A stretch of 64,000 bases of DNA, taken from assembly GCA_047516945.1 (NCBI GenBank), contig JAKZTU010000093.1, positions 2,456-66,455 of the forward strand. Reading direction: 5' to 3'. This document shows, piece by piece, positions 55,387 through 64,000 of the stretch. Each line of letters starts with the position of its first letter. Positions within the stretch are counted from its first letter, which is position 1. The notes beneath the pieces were generated by a model that saw only the letters and a list, made by a program, of their open reading frames with translations, ran no database searches and was not told the DNA's origin. The stretch comes from Acidimicrobiales bacterium. Its GTDB lineage: Bacteria; Actinomycetota; Acidimicrobiia; Acidimicrobiales; Aldehydirespiratoraceae. The position numbers and the translations under genes are program-made.

Positions 55387-58300
55387 TAGGTGGCTCCGCC
55401 GCTTGAGCGTCCGTGCCCGGATACAGAGTCTCCGTGGCGCGGTGCCCTTGGGAGTGGCCGCGGTCGTTGCATATCTGCCAGTTGTCTTTTCGAGTCCTGG
55501 CAAGGTCGGCGCCGATACCAAGACCTACCTGTATCTCGACCCTTCACGCTTGCTCGCCGAAGCGTCGTCGTTGTGGGACAGCGATGTGGCTTTGGGCACC
55601 GTAACCCACCAAACCATTGGCTACCTGTGGCCGATGGGGCCTTTCTATTGGTTGGCAGAGACACTGCAGAGCCCAGATTGGCTGGCTCAACGCCTTTGGC
55701 TTGGTTCAATTTTGTTTGGCGCTGCCGCAGGAGTCCGGTATCTGCTCAAGACGCTCGATTGGAGAGGCGGGGGTCTGCTTGTGGCGATGCTGGCCTACGA
55801 ACTCAGTCCTTACGTCCTGCACTATTCAGCTCGCATCTCGGTTGTGTTACTCCCGTGGGCTGGGCTGCCATGGATGATCGCGCTCACCATCCGTGCGGCG
55901 CGTCGTGGCGGTTGGAGGTATCCCGCGCTGTTCGCTTTGCTAGTGGTCACGGTCGGATCGGTGAACGCCACATCGCTGGTATTGGTGGGGTTGGCTCCTG
56001 TGCTATGGCTCCTCCACGCCGCTGGCATTGAACGATCTATTTCGGCAACTCGAGCGCTAGGAGCCGCGTTGAGGATCGCGGTCACCACCATCGGGGTTTC
56101 GCTCTGGTGGATCGCAGGACTGGCGCTGCAAGGTGGATACAGCCTCCCGGTGACGCGTTACACCGAAACGTACGAGGTGGTTGCAGACGCCTCAACAGGT
56201 CCCGAAGTGTTTCGGGGTCTCGGCTATTGGTTCTTCTACGGCAACGACAAGTTTGGCCAGTGGATCGAACCGAGCATCGAGTACACCCAGGGAGTCTGGC
56301 TCCATTTCTTGAGTTTCGGGCTGGTTGTGTTCGCTCTGGGCGGAGCAGCGCTGATCCGCTGGCGACACCGCTCGTATTTCGTGTTGCTGATCGTGGTGGG
56401 TGGGCTTTTAGCCATTGCGTCTCATCCGTTTGATCATCCCAGCGCTTTGGGTTCGGTCTTCAAGTCATTTACCCAAACCGATGTTGGTTTGGCTCTGCGC
56501 TCGATGCCTCGGGCGTTGCCCATGTTGGTTCTTGCGGTGGCAGTTTTTCTCGGGATGATCGCCAATGCCATGCAGCGTCGTTGGCCGGATCAGGGGCGCG
56601 TTCTAGCGGTTCTCATTTGCGTTGCGGTCGTGCTCAATAATCCGGCGATATGGCGGATTCGCATGATCGAGGAACACTTACATCGAGATGAGAACATCCC
56701 CGAGTATTGGATGGAGGCAATCTCAGCGCTCGACAACTCTGGGCGTGGGGGCCGGGTGCTCGAAGTTCCGGGGACGGATTTTGCTTCTTATCGTTGGGGT
56801 AACACCGTCGACCCAATTACGCCTGGCCTTCTTGATCGCGGTTACATCGCTCGTGAACTGGTTCCGTTCGGTTCTGCGGAGTCAGCGGCCCTGCTTACAG
56901 CTTTCGATCGCCGCTTCCAGGAAAATAGTCTTGACCTGGACTCGGTCGTGCCTGTCGCCGAGTTGATGTCGGTCGACGACGTGGTGCATCGCGGTGATCT
57001 CACTTTCGAACGCTTCCGCACTCCTCGACCGGTAGCGCTAGCCGACCAGTTGGCCCGGGTGCCGGACTTGGGGCCCGGTGTTGGCTTCGGGGAACCGAAA
57101 CCGAACGTGGCCGGCCCCTCCCAGACGATGCTTGACGAAGTGCATTTGGGTATTGATCCGGGGTTGCCTGATCCGGCTCCTGTGACGGTTTACCAGGTTC
57201 AAAATGCTCTCGACATCGTAAGGCTTCGCCCACTGGCGGGTGGAACGGTGATCGTGGGTGACGCCGAAGGCATCGTTGATATCGCAGGCGCCGGATTATT
57301 GGACCTGAGTGGGAGTCTCTGGTTTGCTTCGGACCTGGTTGCCGACGACGACCTTCGTTCGACCGTTTTGGCCGAACCGAGTCACATCGTCATAACCGAC
57401 ACCAACGCCAAGAGGGCCAGGCGTTGGGGAACATTGAGGGAGAATCTCGGCGCGGTTGAACGAGCGGGCCAAACGCCGCTGGTCGACGACCCGACCGACA
57501 ATCGTTTGCCGCTGTTCTTTGAACTCGATCAACGCCAAGACCTGGATGCCGACGACAGTCGTACCGTGGCCGTACAGGACGGCGACTTCACTGTTCAAGC
57601 CAGCGCGTATGGCAACCCGGTCACCTACACCAACGATGATCGCGCCTTTTATGCCGTGGATGGTGATCCCACCACCGCCTGGGTCGTAGCCGCTTTTGCG
57701 GAGGCTCGCGGTGAATATCTCGAGTTCAACTTCAACTCCCCGACGCAGGTCTCGGAGATCACTTTTGTGCAGCCTCTCGGCGAAGCCAACCGTCATATCA
57801 CCGAGGTGGAGATTCGAGCTGTCGGGCCTTCATTAGACGACTTGGTGTTGGGTCGGTTCTCGCTGGGCGCGCAGAGCCAGAGTGTGGGCGGCCAGACGGT
57901 TGAGTTCGCCGAGACCATGGTTTCGCAGATACAAGTCGAAATCACCGATCTTGATTTCGGAGTGTATGCGACCTACCCCGGTGTGTCGCCGGTCGGTTTC
58001 GCCGAAGTGCTGCTCGGGCCGTCTCCAGAGCCGTTGCGCGAAACGATTCGAACTCCGGTTGCGTTGCTGGAGGCACTCGGTAGTCGACTTGATGTTCATG
58101 ATTTGTCTGTGGTCTTGACCCGTGAACGATCCGACCCAGCCGAACCAGTGCGCGAAGATGCCGAACCGGAGATGCATCGTTGGGTGCCCATGACTGCTGG
58201 GCGTAGCTTTACAGTTTCAGGCGCTGCCAGGCTTTCGGCTGCCGCCCCCGAGTCCCAAATCGACGGACTGCTTGGGCGTACTGGGACGCCTGCCGGGTTG

Positions 58301-59728
58301 ACTATGACGGCGCATTCCAGCGGTCGTCTCCCCGGTGATCTCCACAGCGCGGCCTCGTTCGCGTTCGATGACGACTCAGACACCGCGTGGACTGGAGTTT
58401 TTGGCCCCCAAGCAGGTCAATGGCTCGAACTCACTACCGCTGAACCAGTTCACGTTGAGCGTCTCGTGATTGATGTCGTAGCTGATGACCTGCATTCGTT
58501 GCCGAGCCGAATGTTGGTGATGGTCGACGGCACCCAAGCGGGCGAGCTTGTACTTGACGGTGGGCTTCGCTCTGGACCAAGGGGGCAGACGGTTCGTTTG
58601 GAGCAGAGACTCGACCGCGCCTTCTCGACTCTGGTCCTAGTGGCAGCCGATGTCGATGAGCGCATCACTCGAGACTGGTATTCCAATGCGGGGGTGGCCA
58701 TGCCGATAGCTATCGCCGAGGTTGATCTTGGCGAGGGAATTCACTTCAGCGAGGCGACTGAGTTCGATACGGGCTGCAGCGAATTGCTTGTGATCAACGA
58801 CGTTGCCGTCAGGGCGCGAGTAACAGGGTCAGCCGAAGACGCCTTGGCCCGCCGCGAACTGCTCCTCGTTGGCTGCGATGAGACAGTTTCTGTTGCTGAC
58901 GGTCTCAGGATCGAATCGCGGTCGCGGTCGGCAGGTCTTGACATCGATCAGCTTGTGTTGCGCAGTCCTCGTCCCACGGATCCTCCAGCGCAAATGGCTC
59001 CGGTCGAAGTGCTCAGCAACGACGACACCTCCTTCACGTTGATGGTGCGGGGGTCGCCCGATGACCGGTGGCTTGTGCTTGGCCAAAGCCACAACGACGG
59101 CTGGTCGGCGACGGTCGACGGTGTGGACCTGGGAGCCCCGGTGTTGCTTGACGGGTTCGCCAACGGTTGGCGGCTCCCGGCTGGTGATGATCGTTTAGTT
59201 GAGTTGCGATGGACTCCTCAGCGCTTGGTCAACTGGGCATTGTGGCTGAGCCTGCTGGCTGTATTGGTGGTTGGCTTTCTGGCGGTCCGTTCGGTGCCCG
59301 GGCCTGACGTGTCACTTGCGCGGCGCCGTGACGGGCCAGAACTCCCTCTGATCGATCCCGCTATCAGCGCTTCGGCGAACTATCGGGTCCTACCTCCACG
59401 AGCTGGCACCCATGTTGGAGTCGGTTTTGTAGTGGCGTTTGTTTTTGCCTTGATCAACCTTCCCGAATGGCACCTGGTGGCTTTTGTGGTTGGCGCGATC
59501 GCGGCGCTCGGTATCTGGCGTCCGCGCTGGTGGAATCGTGGGGGGTTGTATGCGGCTTTGTTGTTGGGCTTGGCAGCACTGTCGATCATGGTTGAGCAGC
59601 GCCGGTTTCGTCATCCGCCCGACTTTGTGTGGCCACAGCAATTCGAGGGTGTCCATATCCTTGCGGTGATAGCTCTGTTGCTGCTCTTCGCCGACTACTT
59701 GAGATCTGCCCAACGCCCCGACACCTAA
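55379..59728 (+). CDS. AftD-like GT-C membrane glycosyltransferase (DUF3367-type) with two discoidin/F5-8-C-like domains
   Basis: GKVGADTKTYLYLDP N-terminal motif, more than 10 TM segments at both ends, and carbohydrate-binding-like DGDPTTAW and DDDSDTAW modules. ATG 55379 overlaps the GT4 stop. Confidence 0.8.
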   Translation: MDSRWLRRLSVRARIQSLRGAVPLGVAAVVAYLPVVFSSPGKVGADTKTYLYLDPSRLLAEASSLWDSDVALGTVTHQTIGYLWPMGPFYWLAETLQSPDWLAQRLWLGSILFGAAAGVRYLLKTLDWRGGGLLVAMLAYELSPYVLHYSARISVVLLPWAGLPWMIALTIRAARRGGWRYPALFALLVVTVGSVNATSLVLVGLAPVLWLLHAAGIERSISATRALGAALRIAVTTIGVSLWWIAGLALQGGYSLPVTRYTETYEVVADASTGPEVFRGLGYWFFYGNDKFGQWIEPSIEYTQGVWLHFLSFGLVVFALGGAALIRWRHRSYFVLLIVVGGLLAIASHPFDHPSALGSVFKSFTQTDVGLALRSMPRALPMLVLAVAVFLGMIANAMQRRWPDQGRVLAVLICVAVVLNNPAIWRIRMIEEHLHRDENIPEYWMEAISALDNSGRGGRVLEVPGTDFASYRWGNTVDPITPGLLDRGYIARELVPFGSAESAALLTAFDRRFQENSLDLDSVVPVAELMSVDDVVHRGDLTFERFRTPRPVALADQLARVPDLGPGVGFGEPKPNVAGPSQTMLDEVHLGIDPGLPDPAPVTVYQVQNALDIVRLRPLAGGTVIVGDAEGIVDIAGAGLLDLSGSLWFASDLVADDDLRSTVLAEPSHIVITDTNAKRARRWGTLRENLGAVERAGQTPLVDDPTDNRLPLFFELDQRQDLDADDSRTVAVQDGDFTVQASAYGNPVTYTNDDRAFYAVDGDPTTAWVVAAFAEARGEYLEFNFNSPTQVSEITFVQPLGEANRHITEVEIRAVGPSLDDLVLGRFSLGAQSQSVGGQTVEFAETMVSQIQVEITDLDFGVYATYPGVSPVGFAEVLLGPSPEPLRETIRTPVALLEALGSRLDVHDLSVVLTRERSDPAEPVREDAEPEMHRWVPMTAGRSFTVSGAARLSAAAPESQIDGLLGRTGTPAGLTMTAHSSGRLPGDLHSAASFAFDDDSDTAWTGVFGPQAGQWLELTTAEPVHVERLVIDVVADDLHSLPSRMLVMVDGTQAGELVLDGGLRSGPRGQTVRLEQRLDRAFSTLVLVAADVDERITRDWYSNAGVAMPIAIAEVDLGEGIHFSEATEFDTGCSELLVINDVAVRARVTGSAEDALARRELLLVGCDETVSVADGLRIESRSRSAGLDIDQLVLRSPRPTDPPAQMAPVEVLSNDDTSFTLMVRGSPDDRWLVLGQSHNDGWSATVDGVDLGAPVLLDGFANGWRLPAGDDRLVELRWTPQRLVNWALWLSLLAVLVVGFLAVRSVPGPDVSLARRRDGPELPLIDPAISASANYRVLPPRAGTHVGVGFVVAFVFALINLPEWHLVAFVVGAIAALGIWRPRWWNRGGLYAALLLGLAALSIMVEQRRFRHPPDFVWPQQFEGVHILAVIALLLLFADYLRSAQRPDT

Positions 59729-59757
59729 AGACATCGCTCCGATTGACGGTCAGGCCG

Positions 59758-61218
59758 TCAGCGCAGGGGTGCTGCGGTTGGGGTTACTGGGCTTGGGAGC
59801 AGGGTGTGGCCGGTGAGCCAACGGTCTACCGAAGCCGCGGCTGAACGACCCTCTGCAATTGCCCAAACGATCAGACTTTGGCCGCGACCCATGTCCCCGC
59901 AGACGAAGACCCCTTCGACGTTGGTAGCCCAGTCGCCATCGCGGGCCACGTTGCCCCGGGCGTCAAGTTCCACCCCGAATTGCTCGAGCAGTGGCCCGGG
60001 TTCGGCTCCGGTGAAGCCCATGGCCAACAGCACCAAGTCCGCTGGAAAGTCTCGTTCCGAGCCGGCTACCGGGTCAAAGCTCATTCGCCCATCGGTGAAG
60101 CTCTGTTCGACTCTCACTGAGTTGAGTCCGCCGACTCGCCCGTCGGTACCTGTGAACTCGACCGTGTTGATGGCGTATTCTCGCTCGCCGCCTTCTTCAT
60201 GGGCGGAGCTGACGCGGTAGATCATCGGCCAGGTGGGCCAGGGATTCGACTCAGGCCGTTCGTCGGGTGGACGGGGCATGATCTCAAACTGGTTTATCGA
60301 CTTGGCGCGTTGTCGCAACGCAGTCCCCAGACAGTCAGCGCCGGTGTCGCCACCACCGATAATGATCACGTGTTTGCCTTCGGCGGTGATCGAAGGCTCA
60401 GCGATATCGCCTTGTTGAACATGGTTGGAGATGGGCAGGTACTCCATGGCCTGGTGGATGCCATCGAGTTCCCGGCCTGGGATTGGCAAGTCACGGGCTT
60501 GCGTTGCCCCACATGCCAGCACCACAGCATCGAAGGTTTCTTGCAGTTCGTCCGCGCTGATGCCGATGCCGACGGCCGTGTTGCACACGAAGCTCGTGCC
60601 CTCGGCTCTCATTTGGTCCAGTCGTCGGTCAAGATGGCGTTTTTCCATCTTGAACTCGGGAATTCCGTAGCGCAGGAGCCCTCCCGGTCGGTCATCGCGC
60701 TCGTAGACGACTACTTCGTGCCCGGCTCGAGTGAGCTGTTGGGCTGCCGCGAGACCAGCTGGGCCCGAACCCACGACGGCCACTCGTTTCGAGGTGACCA
60801 CTGTTGGGCTGACAGCAGCGATATTGCCCTGCGACCAAGCCCTGTCAACGATCTCAACTTCGATCTGCTTGATGGTGACCGGCGGTTGGTTGATTCCCAG
60901 AACGCATGCAGTTTCGCAGGGTGCAGGGCAGAGACGCCCGGTGAACTCTGGAAAGTTGTTGGTCGCGTGGAGACGTTCGATGGCGTCCTTCCATTGGCCG
61001 TTGTGAGTCAAGTCGTTCCAGTCTGGGATCAAGTTGCCGAGCGGGCAGCCGTTGTTGCAAAACGGGATGCCGCAGTCCATGCAGCGACTTGCTTGCCGAC
61101 GTAGTTCTGAGGTTGGAAAGTCTTCGTAGACCTCTTTCCAATCCAACAATCGGACAGGGACCGGTCGCCGCGTGGGAAGCTGTCGCTGGTGCTTCAAGAA
61201 GCCGCGGGGGTCAGCCAT
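59758..61218 (-). CDS. gltD: Glutamate synthase small subunit
   Basis: CMDCGIPFC, VAVVGSGPAGLAAA, and position downstream of gltB. Confidence 0.93.
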   Translation of the reverse strand: MADPRGFLKHQRQLPTRRPVPVRLLDWKEVYEDFPTSELRRQASRCMDCGIPFCNNGCPLGNLIPDWNDLTHNGQWKDAIERLHATNNFPEFTGRLCPAPCETACVLGINQPPVTIKQIEVEIVDRAWSQGNIAAVSPTVVTSKRVAVVGSGPAGLAAAQQLTRAGHEVVVYERDDRPGGLLRYGIPEFKMEKRHLDRRLDQMRAEGTSFVCNTAVGIGISADELQETFDAVVLACGATQARDLPIPGRELDGIHQAMEYLPISNHVQQGDIAEPSITAEGKHVIIIGGGDTGADCLGTALRQRAKSINQFEIMPRPPDERPESNPWPTWPMIYRVSSAHEEGGEREYAINTVEFTGTDGRVGGLNSVRVEQSFTDGRMSFDPVAGSERDFPADLVLLAMGFTGAEPGPLLEQFGVELDARGNVARDGDWATNVEGVFVCGDMGRGQSLIVWAIAEGRSAAASVDRWLTGHTLLPSPVTPTAAPLR

Positions 61219-61238
61219 CGTCTGCGGTCCCCTCTGTC

Positions 61239-64000
61239 CTATCCCCGTGAGGCGGCCATGATCGCCTCTACTTCGTTGTCGCCCTGCTCTCGGGCTCGTG
61301 CTGCGGCTTCCATAACCCGCCGATAGTCCGTTGGGGTTACTTTGACGAAGTCACCTGAGCTAGTCCCCCAAGCAGCCAGAATCCGAGCTGCGATTTCGCT
61401 TCCCGTCTCGTGACGGTGTTTCACGATTCTGTCGCGAAGCCATTCGAGGTCTTCGTCGTTGAGTTCTTCCAATACGACCATTTCAAGGTTGGTCCGCTGT
61501 GGCAATCGCTTGGCCGGGTCGTACACGAAGGCGATTCCGCCGCTCATTCCAGCGGCGAAGTTGCGTCCGGTCGAGCCGAGCACAACCGCTCGACCTCCGG
61601 TCATGTATTCACAACCGTGATCGCCTATTCCTTCCACCACAGCGATGGCACCGGAGTTTCGGACACAGAAGCGTTCCCCTACTCGACCTCGCAGGAATGC
61701 CTCTCCGCCAGTGGCACCGTAGAGAATCACATTCCCTGCAATAACGTTTTCCTCGGCAACGAACTGAGCGCTCTCTGGTGGGCGCACCACGAGACGGCCG
61801 CCAGAGAGTCCTTTGCCGACGTAGTCGTTGGCATCTCCTTCGAGTCTTAAGGTGATGCCTCGGGGAACGAACGCGCCAAAGCTGTTTCCGGCCGAGCCCG
61901 TGAAGTTGACGATGATCGTGTCGGTTGGCAGTCCCTCCCCTCCGAATCGCTTTGTCACCTCAAAGCCCAAGAGAGTCCCAACCGTGCGATTGACGTTGCG
62001 AATCGGGATATCGATGGTGACGGGACGCCCGTCGCCAAGCGCACCTTCAGCTAGGGAGATAAGTGTTTGGTCGAGTGCACGTTCAAGGCCGTGGTCTTGC
62101 TCTTTCCATTGATGGCGGCGCGACTCGCGTGCGATTTCGGGCAAATGCAAAATGGGCGAGAGGTCAAGGCCGTCAGTTTTCCAATGGTTGACCGCGTCGT
62201 TGACATCGAGAACTTCGACCTGCCCGATTACTTCGTCGAGGGTGCGAAATCCAAGTTCTGCCATCAGTTCTCGGACCTCTTCGGCGATGAACTCAACAAA
62301 GTTCACGACAAATTCAGGTTGCCCCGAGAAGTTCTCGCGTAGTTTCTCGTTCTGGGTAGCGACACCGACCGGGCAGGTGTCGAGATGACATACGCGCATC
62401 ATGATGCAACCCATGACGACAAGTGGAGCGGTGGCGAATCCGAATTCTTCAGCCCCGAGCAACGCCGCGATCATTACGTCGCGGCCAGTCTTCAATTGGC
62501 CGTCGCACTGCACGACGATGCGGTCGCGCAGGTCGTTGAGCAGCAGTGTCTGTTGGGTTTCGGCCAGCCCGAGTTCCCATGGAACGCCTGCGTGTTTGAT
62601 CGATGTTTGGGGCGAGGCTCCGGTGCCGCCGTCGTGCCCGGAGATGAGGACTACATCGGCGTGAGCCTTGGATACTCCCGCGGCAACGGTCCCTACTCCA
62701 ACCTCAGCCACAAGCTTGACGTGAACTCGAGCTTCAGGGTTGGCGTTCTTGAGGTCGTGGATCAACTGAGCGAGATCTTCAATCGAGTAGATGTCGTGGT
62801 GCGGTGGCGGTGAGATCAAGCCAACGCCGGGTGTTGAATGACGGGTCTTGGCGATCCAGGGGTACACCTTGTTGCCGGGAAGCTGTCCGCCTTCGCCAGG
62901 TTTTGCTCCCTGAGCCATCTTGATCTGTAGATCATCGGCGTTGACCAAATACTCGCTGGTGACACCGAAACGTCCGCTGGCCACCTGCTTTATAGCACTG
63001 CGGCGGAGGTCTCCGTTGTCGTCGGGCACGAATCGGTCGGCGTCTTCGCCTCCTTCGCCCGTATTGGATTTGGCGCCTATGCGGTTCATGGCAATGGCGA
63101 GCGTCTCGTGAGCTTCGGGTGAGATCGAGCCGTAACTCATTGCCCCGGTCGAAAAACGCTTAACGATGGAGGGAATCGACTCCACTTGATCGATCGGCAC
63201 CGGCGGACGAGCAGAATTGAAACGAAACAAACCCCGAAGCGTTCCCAGACGCTTGGATTGATCGTTCACCAATTCGGTGTACTCCTTGAAGATGTCAAAA
63301 CGTTTCTCGCGAGTCGAATGTTGAAGCTTGAACACGGTTTCTGGGTTGAACAGGTGGTACTCGCCCTCGCGGCGCCACTGGTACTCCCCGCCGACTTCTA
63401 GAGACCGGTGAGACCGCTGACTTGGTACCTTCGGATACGCCAGACGATGGCGAGCAGCGACCTCGTCAGCCAACACGTCCAACCCCACACCATCGAGACG
63501 GCTGACGGTGCCGGTGAAGTACTCGTCAGTGACTTCGCGTGACAACCCGATCGCCTCGAAAATTTGGGCTCCGGTATACGACGCCACGGTGGAGATGCCC
63601 ATCTTCGACATCACCTTCAGGACTCCCTTGCCCGCGGCATCAACGAAGTTGCGGTGAGCTGTCGACAGCGGCATTGACCGCTCAAGTCCGTGCTCACCCC
63701 GCTTCACCATGTCGCTGATCGTTTCTAAGGCTAGATATGGGTTGATGGCGTTGGCGCCGTAGCCAAGGAGCAGGCAGATGTGATGGCACTCGCGGACATC
63801 GCCGGCCTCCACCACGAGCCCCGCTCTGGTACGGCTCTTTTCACGGACAAGATGGTGATGAACGGCGCTAGTTGCTAGCAACGAGGGAATCGCCGCTAAA
63901 GACTCGTTGGTACCACGGTCACTGAGCACCAGCACCGTGGCTCCATCTTCGATGGCGGCGCTGGCAGCGCCGCGCAGGGTGCGTAGCGCTTCTTCCATCC
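61239..64000 (-). CDS. gltB: Glutamate synthase large subunit (C-terminal ~920 aa; N-terminus beyond window end)
   Basis: FMN and GXGXG domain strings ([46 protein letters not shown]). The ORF is open to the window edge. Confidence 0.93.
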   Translation of the reverse strand, partial: MEEALRTLRGAASAAIEDGATVLVLSDRGTNESLAAIPSLLATSAVHHHLVREKSRTRAGLVVEAGDVRECHHICLLLGYGANAINPYLALETISDMVKRGEHGLERSMPLSTAHRNFVDAAGKGVLKVMSKMGISTVASYTGAQIFEAIGLSREVTDEYFTGTVSRLDGVGLDVLADEVAARHRLAYPKVPSQRSHRSLEVGGEYQWRREGEYHLFNPETVFKLQHSTREKRFDIFKEYTELVNDQSKRLGTLRGLFRFNSARPPVPIDQVESIPSIVKRFSTGAMSYGSISPEAHETLAIAMNRIGAKSNTGEGGEDADRFVPDDNGDLRRSAIKQVASGRFGVTSEYLVNADDLQIKMAQGAKPGEGGQLPGNKVYPWIAKTRHSTPGVGLISPPPHHDIYSIEDLAQLIHDLKNANPEARVHVKLVAEVGVGTVAAGVSKAHADVVLISGHDGGTGASPQTSIKHAGVPWELGLAETQQTLLLNDLRDRIVVQCDGQLKTGRDVMIAALLGAEEFGFATAPLVVMGCIMMRVCHLDTCPVGVATQNEKLRENFSGQPEFVVNFVEFIAEEVRELMAELGFRTLDEVIGQVEVLDVNDAVNHWKTDGLDLSPILHLPEIARESRRHQWKEQDHGLERALDQTLISLAEGALGDGRPVTIDIPIRNVNRTVGTLLGFEVTKRFGGEGLPTDTIIVNFTGSAGNSFGAFVPRGITLRLEGDANDYVGKGLSGGRLVVRPPESAQFVAEENVIAGNVILYGATGGEAFLRGRVGERFCVRNSGAIAVVEGIGDHGCEYMTGGRAVVLGSTGRNFAAGMSGGIAFVYDPAKRLPQRTNLEMVVLEELNDEDLEWLRDRIVKHRHETGSEIAARILAAWGTSSGDFVKVTPTDYRRVMEAAARAREQGDNEVEAIMAASRG

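Noticed and set aside
1-64000. tRNA, rRNA, tmRNA, RNase P and riboswitch scan by eye of all intergenic regions longer than 60 nt
   Set aside because: I could not recognise any cloverleaf-type conserved boxes (GTTCGAATC or GGTAGAGC contexts) or known riboswitch cores. A proper tRNAscan or Infernal run is still needed.

Overview
High-GC (about 58-60% by hand count) actinobacterial chromosome segment, almost entirely protein-coding and mostly core genome. The centre is a complete Pup-proteasome locus on the minus strand, in the order arc/mpa, gdh, alr, dop, pup, prcB, prcA, pafA, pafB, pafC. It is followed by lepB and tatA-tatC. Other housekeeping genes include a long-form thyX, tkt-tal, fbiC (F420), a SNF2/HelZ-like helicase, a ClC channel, rnd, pyk and gltB-gltD. 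I recognised no rRNA, tRNA or CRISPR array. The accessory or unusual content is: (1) an intact IS607-type element (serine-recombinase TnpA plus TnpB) at about 44.1-46.2 kb; (2) a ~1.8 kb low-GC islet (43-45% G+C) at 48.0-49.85 kb with a secreted mini-metzincin and an orphan lipoprotein; (3) a glycan gene cluster at 50.7-59.7 kb, with a UGM-like flavoenzyme, two GT2 genes, a frameshifted GT4 and a 1449-aa AftD-like GT-C carrying discoidin domains; (4) a family of GAGCGG-rich repeats sitting at gene 3' ends, plus three short tandem duplications that span stop codons; (5) several odd proteins, namely a DUF1330-like/SET fusion, a PBP4-like protein with apparently substituted catalytic motifs coupled to a Lon-N-domain protein, a hyper-acidic DUF4193 protein and an Arg/Asp/Ser-rich IDR protein. 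All family assignments come from motif recognition by eye, since no searches were possible. Start codons are often ambiguous because the ORF track extends to the furthest ATG/GTG/TTG. I found no compelling complete novel system; the best candidates are ranked in the findings.
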